Notes: generated by a model not told the origin, from the sequence alone. DNA of 64,000 bases from a bacterium (GCA_030429765.1 JAUIER010000015.1:31079-95078), one strand, 5' to 3'. Positions 29,735 through 39,123 are shown, counted from the first letter of the stretch. Numbers and translations are program-made.

Positions 29735-30654
29735 AAATTTATCTTCCTCAATATTTCATCGGTCATCAACGTCAATGAATGATAGTCTTCACGATTCAGC
29801 CATGTGAGTCGACGTTCCGCGTTAAACCAGGTGAATTGACGTTTAGCGAAATGCCGGGTATTGAGCTGCATGAGATAAATTGCACGCTCAAGATCGTGCT
29901 CCCCATTTAGGTGACCAAGCATCTCACGTAAACCAATGATCCCTGACGCACTGGAACTAATCTTGAGATCCCGAACGGCCCGAATCTCCTCAAGCGCTCC
30001 CGCCTCGACCATTTCAACGACCCGGGCATTAATCCGTTCATAGAGCCGATCGCGTGAACAATGAACTCCAAACACCCGAACATCATACTCATCGCAAAGA
30101 CCGCGGCATTCCTTTTTTAATTCAGACATCGGACGACCTTCCTGATGATATACCTCCAACGCCCGAATGATCTTTTTGATATCATTGGGATGAATCGCCT
30201 CGGCTGACACAGCATCCACCTCGGCGAGCCGTCGATGCAGATGATCTGCGCCGAATTGTTCCTGCTCTTTTCTCAAATTTTCTCGATACTCGATATCGGG
30301 ATCTCCACTCTCAAATAACCCATCGAGCAGCACCTTGACATACAAGCCTGTTCCTCCGACGACAATCGGGACTTGATCTTGTTTCAAGATGGCGCGGATC
30401 GCCGCATTCGCCAAATCATTATATTGTGACACATTAAAAGAATCCGTCACAGAAACCTCATCGATCACATGATGCGGAATTCGCTGCTGAATCGCGATGG
30501 ACGGTTTGTTGGTGACAATATTCAATTCCTTATAAACTTGAGCGGAGTCACAAGACACGATCTGAGCGGGAACACGGCCCGCTAAATCGTAAGCCAGATC
30601 TGATTTCCCCACTGCGGTGGGGCCAACGATTAATATAATTTTCTGTAACGGCAT
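29731..30654 (-). CDS. miaA: tRNA dimethylallyltransferase
   Basis: GPTAVGKS, DSAQVY, VGGTGLY, HPND...RALEV, TRHFAKRQFTW. Confidence 0.97.
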   Translation of the reverse strand: MPLQKIILIVGPTAVGKSDLAYDLAGRVPAQIVSCDSAQVYKELNIVTNKPSIAIQQRIPHHVIDEVSVTDSFNVSQYNDLANAAIRAILKQDQVPIVVGGTGLYVKVLLDGLFESGDPDIEYRENLRKEQEQFGADHLHRRLAEVDAVSAEAIHPNDIKKIIRALEVYHQEGRPMSELKKECRGLCDEYDVRVFGVHCSRDRLYERINARVVEMVEAGALEEIRAVRDLKISSSASGIIGLREMLGHLNGEHDLERAIYLMQLNTRHFAKRQFTWFNAERRLTWLNREDYHSLTLMTDEILRKINL

Positions 30655-30683
30655 GCGCTAGATCTGTACAATCCCCAGATCGA

Positions 30684-31445
30684 TTAAGGATAGATTCGGG
30701 TGGGATATCCTAACTTGGATAATTTTGATTTTAGCCGTTCGGCTTTTCTCAACAAGCCCATTTGACCGACACGCACGCGATAAAACCGCGTATTGTCCCG
30801 GTCCATGGTCTCCACAATATACGCGTACTCACCGCGTTGCTGCAGGGCCTGCATCACCTGCTCGGCCCGGTCACGTTCGACAAACGCGCCGACCTGCACC
30901 GCAAAATACTGCTTTTCTTCTAGTAACTGCTTGGCGGTATGATACTCAAAACTATTTGGAAAACGATCAACAATCTCGTTCAGATAATATTTCGCCAATT
31001 TCCAGTTGGATAGCTTAATATTGACCCGCCCGGCCTTCAAATAGATCAAGCTGGAATAATGTGATCGAGGACTTTCGTTAATCAGTTCTTTAATGGTCTT
31101 CCAGGCCTTTCGATACCGTTCCTGGTGGTAATAGGCATCGAACAATCCAATGTAGGCCTTATCACGCAGATCGACCTCCGGTTCGGATTTAATAATGCGC
31201 TGAAACCGCTTGATAGCCGGTGAGATTTCGCCCAGGCGAAATTCGCTCATACCCAAGAAATACTCAACCTCAAGCCGCTCGGGTTCGGTCAACTCACCGG
31301 ATGACAGCATGGACTCACCGATCTGCTGCGTCTGTGTGTAATCCTTCCGCATGAAGGACGCCTCCAGATCCACAATTGACGCATGCGCCTGAACGGCAAT
31401 GCTACCGACCAAGATTGCGACTATTAACAGCCATTTTGTTCTCAT
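30684..31445 (-). CDS. Secreted TPR (CpoB/BamD-like) plus SPOR domain protein
   Basis: Signal peptide, TPR helices, C-terminal FAVQVGAF...YRVRVG SPOR motif. Confidence 0.85.
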   Translation of the reverse strand: MRTKWLLIVAILVGSIAVQAHASIVDLEASFMRKDYTQTQQIGESMLSSGELTEPERLEVEYFLGMSEFRLGEISPAIKRFQRIIKSEPEVDLRDKAYIGLFDAYYHQERYRKAWKTIKELINESPRSHYSSLIYLKAGRVNIKLSNWKLAKYYLNEIVDRFPNSFEYHTAKQLLEEKQYFAVQVGAFVERDRAEQVMQALQQRGEYAYIVETMDRDNTRFYRVRVGQMGLLRKAERLKSKLSKLGYPTRIYP

Positions 31446-31513
31446 GCTGATATCCTATCAAAAATATTTTTTGATTACCACTAAAAAGATCGGCCGGACA
31501 GGCATTTTTCCAC

Positions 31514-31543
31514 AAAAAAAGCCCCAGCCGGTATGGCTGGGGC
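31514..31543 (-). terminator. Intrinsic terminator ending the ECF operon
   Basis: GCCCCAGCC/GGCTGGGGC 9-bp stem followed by T7 on the minus strand. Confidence 0.9.
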
Positions 31544-31559
31544 CTGAAACTTCTCGCAT

Positions 31560-32432
31560 CTATTTCCCGGAATCCGGACGGTTGAACATCTTTTTGTCCT
31601 GCCGCGTGCCCAGGGTCTTTTTCCGATTGAGCTTCTTACGAAATTTGCTTTCGCTGGTCCGCTCCGGAAAATCACCAAAGGATGAAGACTCATTATCTTT
31701 CTGGTAAAGTCCTTTGATCTTTTTTGATCCGAATGGCTTTTCCTTGAAACCTTCACTGTAAAACCCGTCATCCTTATTGTCAATCGGCATACCATTCTCA
31801 TCCTGTTCAATGTACTTGGTTCCAAAACGTTTTTTCTTTTTGGTCCGGTTGTAGTCCTTAATCGTATTCCGTTTATCCCGGGCCCGGCTGGTCGCGACTT
31901 TACGGTCGATCACCGGCCGCCGTTTCTTGAGCTTTCCTTCATATTCACGGGCCTCTTTGAGCTTCTCTCTGATGGATGACTTGGTCTTTTGAGCTTCGGT
32001 CTTGGATGCTTCTTCCTTCACTGTGACCGGCACCGCTTTTTCCACCGGCTTGGACCGCTCAGCAGGACCGGCATCCTTGACGGTCACCGGACGTGTATCT
32101 ACGGCCGACGTCGGCCGAAACACCTCGGGCTTGGACATCACATCGACTTCCTTACGATCTGGAATTTGGTAGCCAAACTTACGCAGCTTCTGACGATCCG
32201 CCTCCTGCTGCCGTTCAAATCGAATCGGCTCAATTCGCGTTTCAAAAATATCCGAATAGTCCTGCTTGGTCTCCTTACGAATATCCCGCATCATCTCAAA
32301 TTCTTCATAAGACAATTCTTCATGCAGATACTTTTCAACTTCGGCTTTGGTTTGCGCATGAGCCGGCTGCACGCTGAAAACAACGCCTGCCAAAATTGTA
32401 TATAGTAGAAGCTGAGGTCTTTTGATCATCAT
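31560..32432 (-). CDS. Hypothetical secreted Lys/Arg-rich protein
   Basis: Start likely MMIKRPQLL at 32432 (4 nt after the upstream stop); signal peptide ...QPAHA|Q; highly charged, low complexity. Confidence 0.7.
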   Translation of the reverse strand: MMIKRPQLLLYTILAGVVFSVQPAHAQTKAEVEKYLHEELSYEEFEMMRDIRKETKQDYSDIFETRIEPIRFERQQEADRQKLRKFGYQIPDRKEVDVMSKPEVFRPTSAVDTRPVTVKDAGPAERSKPVEKAVPVTVKEEASKTEAQKTKSSIREKLKEAREYEGKLKKRRPVIDRKVATSRARDKRNTIKDYNRTKKKKRFGTKYIEQDENGMPIDNKDDGFYSEGFKEKPFGSKKIKGLYQKDNESSSFGDFPERTSESKFRKKLNRKKTLGTRQDKKMFNRPDSGK

Positions 32433-32436
32433 AGAG

Positions 32437-32976
32437 CTACTCCCGATTGTTGTTTTGCCATCTCTTTTTTCTGAACTGCTGTCGAAATCTTCGCCTTTCA
32501 TCCTGACTCATATTGCGCCATTTATTACGGCGCTTGCGCCAGTTTTCCTGCTGTTCCGGTGACAAATCCCGAAACTTTTTGCGGCGCTCAAGAATACGTT
32601 GTTTGTGTTCCGGATCAAGATTCTGCCAGCGCTTTAATTTTTTTCGCAACTCCGCCTTTTGCTCACGTGGAAGTTGTTTGTACCGACGCCAATTCTTCCG
32701 GATCTTGGCCTTATCATCGGCGGGCAACTGCATAAACGCCTCGTAACGTGATTTCAACCGCTCACGCTTGCGTGCGTCCATCCGTTTCCAGCGTTTGAGA
32801 CGTTTTCGATAGCGCTCTTTCTGCTCCGCCGACAAACCGTCCCATTTCTCCCGGGCCTTTTCGAGCCGCTCCGACTGGTTGATTGTATCAGACGCATCTT
32901 GAGCCAGACCGGCTGGAATATAACTCAATCCCAGCAACATAACCAGCAAAAATGTAAACGTGTATTTCTTCATCAT
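32437..32976 (-). CDS. Secreted basic helical-repeat protein (DUF3106-like)
   Basis: Start MMKKYTF at 32976; signal peptide; seven tandem 18-aa repeats (W/F/Y)xx(L/M)... Confidence 0.8.
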   Translation of the reverse strand: MMKKYTFTFLLVMLLGLSYIPAGLAQDASDTINQSERLEKAREKWDGLSAEQKERYRKRLKRWKRMDARKRERLKSRYEAFMQLPADDKAKIRKNWRRYKQLPREQKAELRKKLKRWQNLDPEHKQRILERRKKFRDLSPEQQENWRKRRNKWRNMSQDERRRFRQQFRKKRWQNNNRE

Positions 32977-32978
32977 AC

Positions 32979-33194
32979 TCACTCCGACCGATCTGAATCT
33001 TCGGCCTCCCATTGCGAATCTTCCTCCAGAATCTCTAGTATTTCAAGAAAATCCAGATTTTCGATAACCTCAATATCTTCTTCGGTCAACTCATCCTCCG
33101 CGCTGTATACCGGTGACGCGTGGATCAGCAAACACAAACACAACACAATGACCGAATTAAGTGGCCCTCGACATTTCCAAGACGTCCAGTTCAT
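32979..33194 (-). CDS. Small secreted acidic peptide resembling the anti-sigma C-terminus
   Basis: Signal-peptide-like ...VIVLCLCLLIHASPVYSA followed by EDELTEEDIEVIENLDFLEILEILEED; fills the gap between anti-sigma and DUF3106-like gene. Confidence 0.7.
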   Translation of the reverse strand: MNWTSWKCRGPLNSVIVLCLCLLIHASPVYSAEDELTEEDIEVIENLDFLEILEILEEDSQWEAEDSDRSE

Positions 33195-33675
33195 CAATCA
33201 ATTCCATCTCTTCCAGAAATTCGATTTCTTCTATCAGGTCCAAATTTTCAACCAGCTCGATGTGTTCCAGCATCTCCAAATCCTCATCGTCTAGGGCCAC
33301 CAGGGATTCCAATCCCACAGGGGCCGGGCTAAAGAATGGCCTAACTGCAAGAACACCAACTAGAAGTATAACACATGCGCATCCAAATGCGGCCGCCCGC
33401 CTGCTATTATACCCCGATAATCCAAGGGCATCAAAGAGCTTTTGATACCACGGAGTCTCGGCGGCTAGCCGGGTCCAGAAATTCGAGACATAATTGGCCG
33501 GCGGCTCAATGACCTCGACCTCATCAAGCATATCCCACGACGCCTGCAGTTGCTGTGCGTAGCGCTTCAATTCGGGATCCGCGGCGATGGCACGCCTAAC
33601 CTCTTCTTTTTCAGCACCTTCCAGCTCTCCCTCCAAGTAAAGAGGGATCAATTTTCTAATGTCTTTAGCTGACAT
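33157..33675 (-). CDS. Membrane-anchored anti-sigma factor (class I ASD-like, no zinc ligands)
   Basis: LIPLYLEGEL...EEV, EPPANYVSNFW, one TM, acidic periplasmic tail; GGAGG RBS before ATG at 33675; follows the ECF sigma. Confidence 0.8.
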   Translation of the reverse strand: MSAKDIRKLIPLYLEGELEGAEKEEVRRAIAADPELKRYAQQLQASWDMLDEVEVIEPPANYVSNFWTRLAAETPWYQKLFDALGLSGYNSRRAAAFGCACVILLVGVLAVRPFFSPAPVGLESLVALDDEDLEMLEHIELVENLDLIEEIEFLEEMELIDELDVLEMSRAT

Positions 33676-33691
33676 AAATTCCTCCATCTAT

Positions 33692-33720
33692 TTAAACACA
33701 TCTATCACCCGAAAGTTTCG
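33692..33720 (-). promoter_or_regulatory. ECF-type promoter between sigma and anti-sigma genes
   Basis: Minus strand CGAAAC-N16-TGTTTAA. Confidence 0.6.
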
Positions 33721-33735
33721 GTCATTTTAGCTCGT

Positions 33736-34329
33736 TTATTCCATCAGCAAATGTTTGAGACGTTCACGTAGATTCTCCTTGGCCCGATTGAGCAGCGACT
33801 TCACGGCCTTGGGACCGATTTTCAGCGCCGCCGCAATCTCATCGTAACTCATCTGCTCGTAACGTCTCAGCAGCACCGCCGCGCGCTGATTGTCCGGCAA
33901 TGACAGAATGGCCTCACGAATCTGCAAACTACGCTCCTTGTCCAACAGGGCTTGAGAAGGATCCACCGCCCGCTGATCCATGTGCTGCCCTGACATGGAT
34001 CCTTCATCACCTTCAACCGAAGCGTCCAATGAATAATCTCGATGATGATGACGCCGCAACTCGTTGAGACTGGCATTCTTGGCAATTGTAAAAAGCCAAG
34101 TCTGCAGCTTGGATTTGACCGTGTACTTGTGCGCCGTCTTGTACACCTTGATAAAAACTTCCTGCGTCAGCTCCTCGGCCAGTTCACGCTGACCGACATA
34201 ACGATAAATAAAGTTCAGGACCCGCGGAAAATACTTGCGCATCAGCGTCTCAAACGCCTGCTTGTCACCGGCCTGAAAGTCCAGCATCAGCTGAACATCC
34301 GGATCCGTCGTATAATCATGATCACTCAT
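33736..34329 (-). CDS. ECF RNA polymerase sigma factor (sigma-70 group 4)
   Basis: GDKQAFETL, AEELTQEVFIKVY, TWLFTIAKN, LPDNQR..MSYDEIA..VKSLLNRA. Confidence 0.95.
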   Translation of the reverse strand: MSDHDYTTDPDVQLMLDFQAGDKQAFETLMRKYFPRVLNFIYRYVGQRELAEELTQEVFIKVYKTAHKYTVKSKLQTWLFTIAKNASLNELRRHHHRDYSLDASVEGDEGSMSGQHMDQRAVDPSQALLDKERSLQIREAILSLPDNQRAAVLLRRYEQMSYDEIAAALKIGPKAVKSLLNRAKENLRERLKHLLME

Positions 34330-35341
34330 ACTGTTTCCCGCTGTCGGAACTTAACGGCCCCTGTTTGATTAACTGTTGGATCAGATCCGTCATCACGACG
34401 GCTCCTTGCTGATAAATATGATTTTGATCACGCCAGTACGCCATCTTATAAATATCCGCCAGGTTGGGAATGTACACCGGCCCCCATTGTCGAAGACGGC
34501 GGAACATCTGTCCACTGGGCAGCACTGAGGCATAGTCAGAAATGAATACAAAATTTACGTCCGTACCGTGTTGATCGCTGACCGAAGCGATCCGCTGCAG
34601 ATAAAAGTCGGCAAATGAATCCGGCGGCAAAAGCACCCGACTTTTCCAGATCGGATAAATTGGTTTAAAGTTTTTAAATTTTTCTACAAAATCCGGATTA
34701 GGCAATAATTGCGCATCATTCACATAAAATCCTCCGGTCTGATCATTGGCCGCAATCTCGGCCTGGACTTCACGATGATATTTCAACCGATAAATCACGC
34801 GAGACAACCACATGCGCCCCGCCCGCACGGATAACTCTGTGCCGTATCCGGCCATATGCTTGAGCCGCTGCTTCAAAGGATCGCTATACGTCAGATAATC
34901 CCGCCATGTCAGCCCGTTTAGATGATACCATACCTCCGCCCACATATCGTCGGCGGACATTACGTACCGGGCATACATATGCGGCGTAAACCGCTCCTGT
35001 CCGATCGTCTCGATCATCAAATGCCTGACATCATGCCGTTCCAGCAGCGCCCGGATGATCACATAGTCCATATCACGGCCGGTCCAATGCCGTCCAAAAT
35101 TCCACACCCGCTTGAGATTCAATCCCTCTTCCAATTGCCGCGAGCGCACCGCGCACCAGGTCCGGGAACTGCCGACAAACACATAGTCGATGGTCTGACG
35201 CGGCTCATCATAAATCTTGGACTGTATCCACTGCCACTTGGCGTCATTCATATCCATTCGTCCTAGCCCGAACAAATATACGCAGACGGTGGATATCAAT
35301 CCCAACCCCAAAACTCCCCATAAAACTTTAAGTGTTTTCAT
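34322..35341 (-). CDS. Membrane-anchored SGNH-fold O-acyltransferase partner (PatB/AlgJ/DltD-like)
   Basis: Start MKTLKVL at 35341; FVGSSR (block I Ser) and DQNH (DxxH); downstream of MBOAT. Confidence 0.7.
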   Translation of the reverse strand: MKTLKVLWGVLGLGLISTVCVYLFGLGRMDMNDAKWQWIQSKIYDEPRQTIDYVFVGSSRTWCAVRSRQLEEGLNLKRVWNFGRHWTGRDMDYVIIRALLERHDVRHLMIETIGQERFTPHMYARYVMSADDMWAEVWYHLNGLTWRDYLTYSDPLKQRLKHMAGYGTELSVRAGRMWLSRVIYRLKYHREVQAEIAANDQTGGFYVNDAQLLPNPDFVEKFKNFKPIYPIWKSRVLLPPDSFADFYLQRIASVSDQHGTDVNFVFISDYASVLPSGQMFRRLRQWGPVYIPNLADIYKMAYWRDQNHIYQQGAVVMTDLIQQLIKQGPLSSDSGKQYE

Positions 35342-35343
35342 CG

Positions 35344-36759
35344 TTAAAATTGAAAATAGATAAAAGCCTGTCGGGCCACTCCACTTTGAAACCAGATGGA
35401 AAACGCGACAAGCGTCAGATAAACCAGAACCGACTGAATCCACCACGGCCACGCCGTGAACGCCTCGGACCAGTCCTTAATCATTTTTTCGCACCAACCA
35501 TGCACGATCACACCCGCGATCAACGTGCCGCTGATGACCAACGGATCAAGCCCCTGAAATCCTCCAAAGGACGAAAACATATGATGCAAATACATAAACG
35601 CGGAACGGATATCCGGACTTCGAAAGAAGATCCAGGCCAGACACGTCAGATGAAAGAATATTCCGATGGATATCCATGTTGAAAATCCCCGGGCCCGCGG
35701 TTGATGACTGTCCACACCGGCCATGCGGTACAGTATCAAATACAATCCATGCAACCCGCCCCAAAAGATGAACATCCAGTTGGCCCCGTGCCACAGACCT
35801 CCCAGCAGCATAACGATCATCAAATTGGCCATATGACGCAACGGTGCGACGCGGTTTCCGCCTAGCGGGATATATAAATAATCCCTCAACCATGATGAAA
35901 GCGTGATATGCCACCGTCGCCAGAACTCCGACGGACTGGCCGACAAATAAGGCCTCAAAAAATTGACCGGAATCGTCAATCCGAAGATCAGTCCCAATCC
36001 GATGGCGATATCCGAATAGGCCGAGAAATCAAAAAAGATCTGAAAGGCATATCCATATACTGCCAGCAGCAATTCCAGCGACGTATATCCGGCTGGCTGG
36101 GCGAACACCGGATCCACCAGTCGAGCGCCCAGCGGATCAGCCAGCCAGATCTTTTTGGCCAAGCCGTACATCACAAAGAAAATCCCCCGGGAACTGCTAT
36201 TGGCAAATAGATCCTGACGCAGTTGTGGTAGAAATTCACGGGCCCTAACGATCGGTCCGGCCACCAATTGCGGAAAGGCCGAAACGTAAAATAAAAACCG
36301 AATCAGCGAGCGCTCGGGTTCAATGCGTCGACTGTAAATATCGAGCGAATAGCTCAGACTTTGAAAGGTATAGAATGATATGCCGACCGGCAGAACAATA
36401 TCGAGCGCCGCCCATTCGGGCTGCATTCCCATAGCCGTCAACAAGTCGATCAGACTTTGCTGAAAAAAACCGGCGTACTTAAAATACCCGAGCAGCCCCA
36501 GATTTCCGATCAGGCTTAAGCTCAAGTAGAATTTTCGATGAGCCGTCGTATCAGCGGCGGCAATGCGATGTCCGGCCCAATAGTCGAGTCCTGAGGAAAA
36601 AACAATCAACCCCAAAAAACGGACGTCCCACCAGCCGTAAAAAACATAGCTGGCCGTCAGAAGAAACAGGATTTGGAGCCGTGAATAATGTCGACAAAGA
36701 TAAAAACCTAAGAAGGTGAGGCATAAAAACGGAGCAAAGATAATTTCCGTAAATAGCAT
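35344..36759 (-). CDS. MBOAT O-acyltransferase (AlgI/PatA/DltB family)
   Basis: LPVGISFYTFQ, FPQLVAGPI, FDFSAYSD, FWRRWHITLSSWLRDYLYIPLGG, GLWHG, C-terminal FIYFQF. Confidence 0.95.
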   Translation of the reverse strand: MLFTEIIFAPFLCLTFLGFYLCRHYSRLQILFLLTASYVFYGWWDVRFLGLIVFSSGLDYWAGHRIAAADTTAHRKFYLSLSLIGNLGLLGYFKYAGFFQQSLIDLLTAMGMQPEWAALDIVLPVGISFYTFQSLSYSLDIYSRRIEPERSLIRFLFYVSAFPQLVAGPIVRAREFLPQLRQDLFANSSSRGIFFVMYGLAKKIWLADPLGARLVDPVFAQPAGYTSLELLLAVYGYAFQIFFDFSAYSDIAIGLGLIFGLTIPVNFLRPYLSASPSEFWRRWHITLSSWLRDYLYIPLGGNRVAPLRHMANLMIVMLLGGLWHGANWMFIFWGGLHGLYLILYRMAGVDSHQPRARGFSTWISIGIFFHLTCLAWIFFRSPDIRSAFMYLHHMFSSFGGFQGLDPLVISGTLIAGVIVHGWCEKMIKDWSEAFTAWPWWIQSVLVYLTLVAFSIWFQSGVARQAFIYFQF

Positions 36760-36805
36760 ATAGTGGATGGTTCAGGCCGACGGAGTTACCCGCCGGCCCG
36801 GTAGA

Positions 36806-37945
36806 TTAAGACTTCAGGGCCTGATCCAAATCGTCGATCAAATCCTGTGTGCCTTCGATGCCCAGCGATACACGGATGGTTTCTTCCGTGATGCCTGATT
36901 TTTTAAGCCCTTCAGGCCCCATTGACGAATGGCTCATCAGCCAGGGATGTTCAATCAGCGATTCAACACCGCCGAGCGATTCGGCCAGACAAAAATACTT
37001 GAGTTTTTGAAACAGCTGGTCCGGTGAGACCTGCGCTGTATCCAATTCAAACGACAGCATGCCACCGAATCCCCGCATCTGCTGCTTGATCAAATCCTGC
37101 TGCGGATGACTGGCCAGCCCCGGATAGTAGACCCGTTTAACATTCGGATGTTTCTCCAGAAATTCCGCCACAGCCAACGCATTTTGCTGATGCGCCTCCA
37201 TTCGCGGGCCCAATGTCTTTACGCCCCGCAATACCAGCCATGCATCAAATGGTGCTTCAGAGATTCCCAACGCGTTCACCAAAAACCGACCGCGTTCTTC
37301 AACCTCCTTGTTAGCATACATGACCGCCCCGCCGACAACGTCACTATGCCCGTTCAAATATTTGGTTGTTGAGTGAATGATCATGTCCGCTCCGAATTCA
37401 AACGGGCGCTGAAAATAAGGCGAGAGAAATGTGTTGTCGACGACCGAAAGACATTTATTGTCCTTGGCAATCTCAATGACCGATTTGAGATCCACAATGT
37501 TCAGAAGCGGATTGGATGGCGTCTCGATCCAGATCATCCGCGTCCGCTCATTCACTGCTGATTTGACCGCCTCGAGGTCCCGCATATTAATGAATGAAAC
37601 CTCAACGCCCATATTCGGCAGCACCTGGCTGAACAATCGATACGTCCCGCCGTAAATGTCGTCTCCGGCGATCAGGTGATCCCCGTTTTTAAGGAAGAAT
37701 AACACAGCCGTCACCGCGGCCATACCGGTACACGTGGCCGAGGCGCCGACACCGCCTTCCAGATCGGCCAAATTTTCTTCCAACGCGGTCCGTGTTGGAT
37801 TGCCCGATCGCGTATAGTCATACCCCTTGTTTTTGCCAAGGGCGTCAAAATAAAATGTTGATGAAGGATAAATCGGTGTGGTCACCGAATTATAGCTTTT
37901 GTCTTTGTAAACGCCTGTGTGAACGGCTTTGGTTCGAATATCCAT
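36806..37945 (-). CDS. metB: Cystathionine gamma-synthase/gamma-lyase (Cys/Met PLP family)
   Basis: YTRSGNPTR, YGGTYR, ETPSNP, DNTF, HSTTKYLNGHSD, ESLGGVESL. Confidence 0.9.
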   Translation of the reverse strand: MDIRTKAVHTGVYKDKSYNSVTTPIYPSSTFYFDALGKNKGYDYTRSGNPTRTALEENLADLEGGVGASATCTGMAAVTAVLFFLKNGDHLIAGDDIYGGTYRLFSQVLPNMGVEVSFINMRDLEAVKSAVNERTRMIWIETPSNPLLNIVDLKSVIEIAKDNKCLSVVDNTFLSPYFQRPFEFGADMIIHSTTKYLNGHSDVVGGAVMYANKEVEERGRFLVNALGISEAPFDAWLVLRGVKTLGPRMEAHQQNALAVAEFLEKHPNVKRVYYPGLASHPQQDLIKQQMRGFGGMLSFELDTAQVSPDQLFQKLKYFCLAESLGGVESLIEHPWLMSHSSMGPEGLKKSGITEETIRVSLGIEGTQDLIDDLDQALKS

Positions 37946-38030
37946 GAGAATCTCCCGAAAATGAAATCTTGTCTGGCTTGATAGAATCTATGTTTGTCAG
38001 GTCCAATGATATGGCTAAACCCGACCACGT

Positions 38031-38059
38031 ATTATCATGAAAAACACGGGATTTGTCAA
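38031..38059 (-). promoter_or_regulatory. Sigma70-type promoter of the metB-like gene
   Basis: Minus strand TTGACA-N17-GATAAT. Confidence 0.6.
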
Positions 38060-38084
38060 AAAAATCTGCGTGGATGAAGATTCG

Positions 38085-38510
38085 TTACCCACTGCCCGCC
38101 AATAAACGCCGTAAATACATGTAGATGACCACCAGCGCACAGGTAAAAACGCCCAGTCCGATGTAGAGCGTCTTCATGGCCCGGTCCATATTGGTCAGCA
38201 CCCTCGCTTTCAAATCCGGGTAGGATGAATCGCTGATGCGTTCGTCAGTCTTGAGAAACTTGATAAGCCCCCTGAGCTTACGGACATCAAAACCCTTTTG
38301 ATACGCCCATAGAACCGGTTGTCCAAGCTCCTCCCATGTCTGTGGATGTTGTTGTGATAGGTAATCCCGCAGGTGTCCCAAGGCCTTGATGTATCGATAC
38401 ACATACATCAGCAACAAAGCGAACCATACGATATGCAACGCAAAAAATATCCGGAATCCCCAGAAGATGGAATGAAGTTCGTCAGGAAGCTGTTCAGAAG
38501 GAATAAACAA
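38085..38510 (-). CDS. Hypothetical two-TM membrane protein (weakly UspB-like)
   Basis: TM - YLSQQHPQTWEELG loop - TM. Confidence 0.7.
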   Translation of the reverse strand: MFIPSEQLPDELHSIFWGFRIFFALHIVWFALLLMYVYRYIKALGHLRDYLSQQHPQTWEELGQPVLWAYQKGFDVRKLRGLIKFLKTDERISDSSYPDLKARVLTNMDRAMKTLYIGLGVFTCALVVIYMYLRRLLAGSG

Positions 38511-38991
38511 AACTGTCTTTAAACCGGGATTTGAGTTTGCGGTTCATGGATTTGGCCTGATCAAGACTCGCGGACTCGCCCACGCAAACACGATACAGAT
38601 CATCCGGCCGGTCGGCCTTCTTGGGCGCGATATACGCGTTATATTCCTGGTTTGTCAGCTGATCGACCAATTTCTTGGCCTGTTTGACCTGTTTGAAAGA
38701 AGCCACCTGGACTGTATAGACCTTTTGGCGCGTGGGTTGCGGCTTGGAGACCGCCTTATACTGACGCTCAGGAACCGGCTCAACAGGCTGGCGGCGTGTT
38801 ACCACTGTCTCACGTCGAGGTTCACGTTCCGACTGAGACGTAGTGACAATAAATTCATCCTCCGCCACCGGCTGCCGTTCGGATCGATCCTGCAAGACCA
38901 TTTCCTTGGCCTTTACACCGAGTTCAATAAGATTACCTTTAAAGAAACCGCCGAGAAAAAATCCGACGAGAAATATAATAATGTACCGCAT
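38494..38991 (-). CDS. Membrane-anchored SPOR-domain protein
   Basis: N-terminal anchor, linker, YTVQVASF...YRVCVG. Confidence 0.88.
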   Translation of the reverse strand: MRYIIIFLVGFFLGGFFKGNLIELGVKAKEMVLQDRSERQPVAEDEFIVTTSQSEREPRRETVVTRRQPVEPVPERQYKAVSKPQPTRQKVYTVQVASFKQVKQAKKLVDQLTNQEYNAYIAPKKADRPDDLYRVCVGESASLDQAKSMNRKLKSRFKDSFVYSF

Positions 38992-39075
38992 GATTCCCCC
39001 AGAAGATATAAAATTCGATTATTAGCTTGACTGATATTTTATCAACCCGCCGATTGATAATCAACGTATTCCCAT

Positions 39076-39108
39076 AAAAAATGGGGCCATCCGCTGGAAT
39101 GGCCCCAT
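39076..39108 (-). terminator. Intrinsic terminator after alpha-2-macroglobulin
   Basis: ATGGGGCCAT/ATGGCCCCAT 10-bp stem plus T-tract on the minus strand. Confidence 0.88.
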
Positions 39109-39123
39109 AATAATACCTGAGTG

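Noticed and set aside
37946-38025. SAM riboswitch in the metB-like leader
   Set aside because: A hairpin (GTCGGGTTTA/TGGACCTGAC) loosely recalls SAM-II, but the pseudoknot pairing and 3' A-tract/SD segment are missing and there is no SAM-I core. An Infernal/Rfam scan would settle it.
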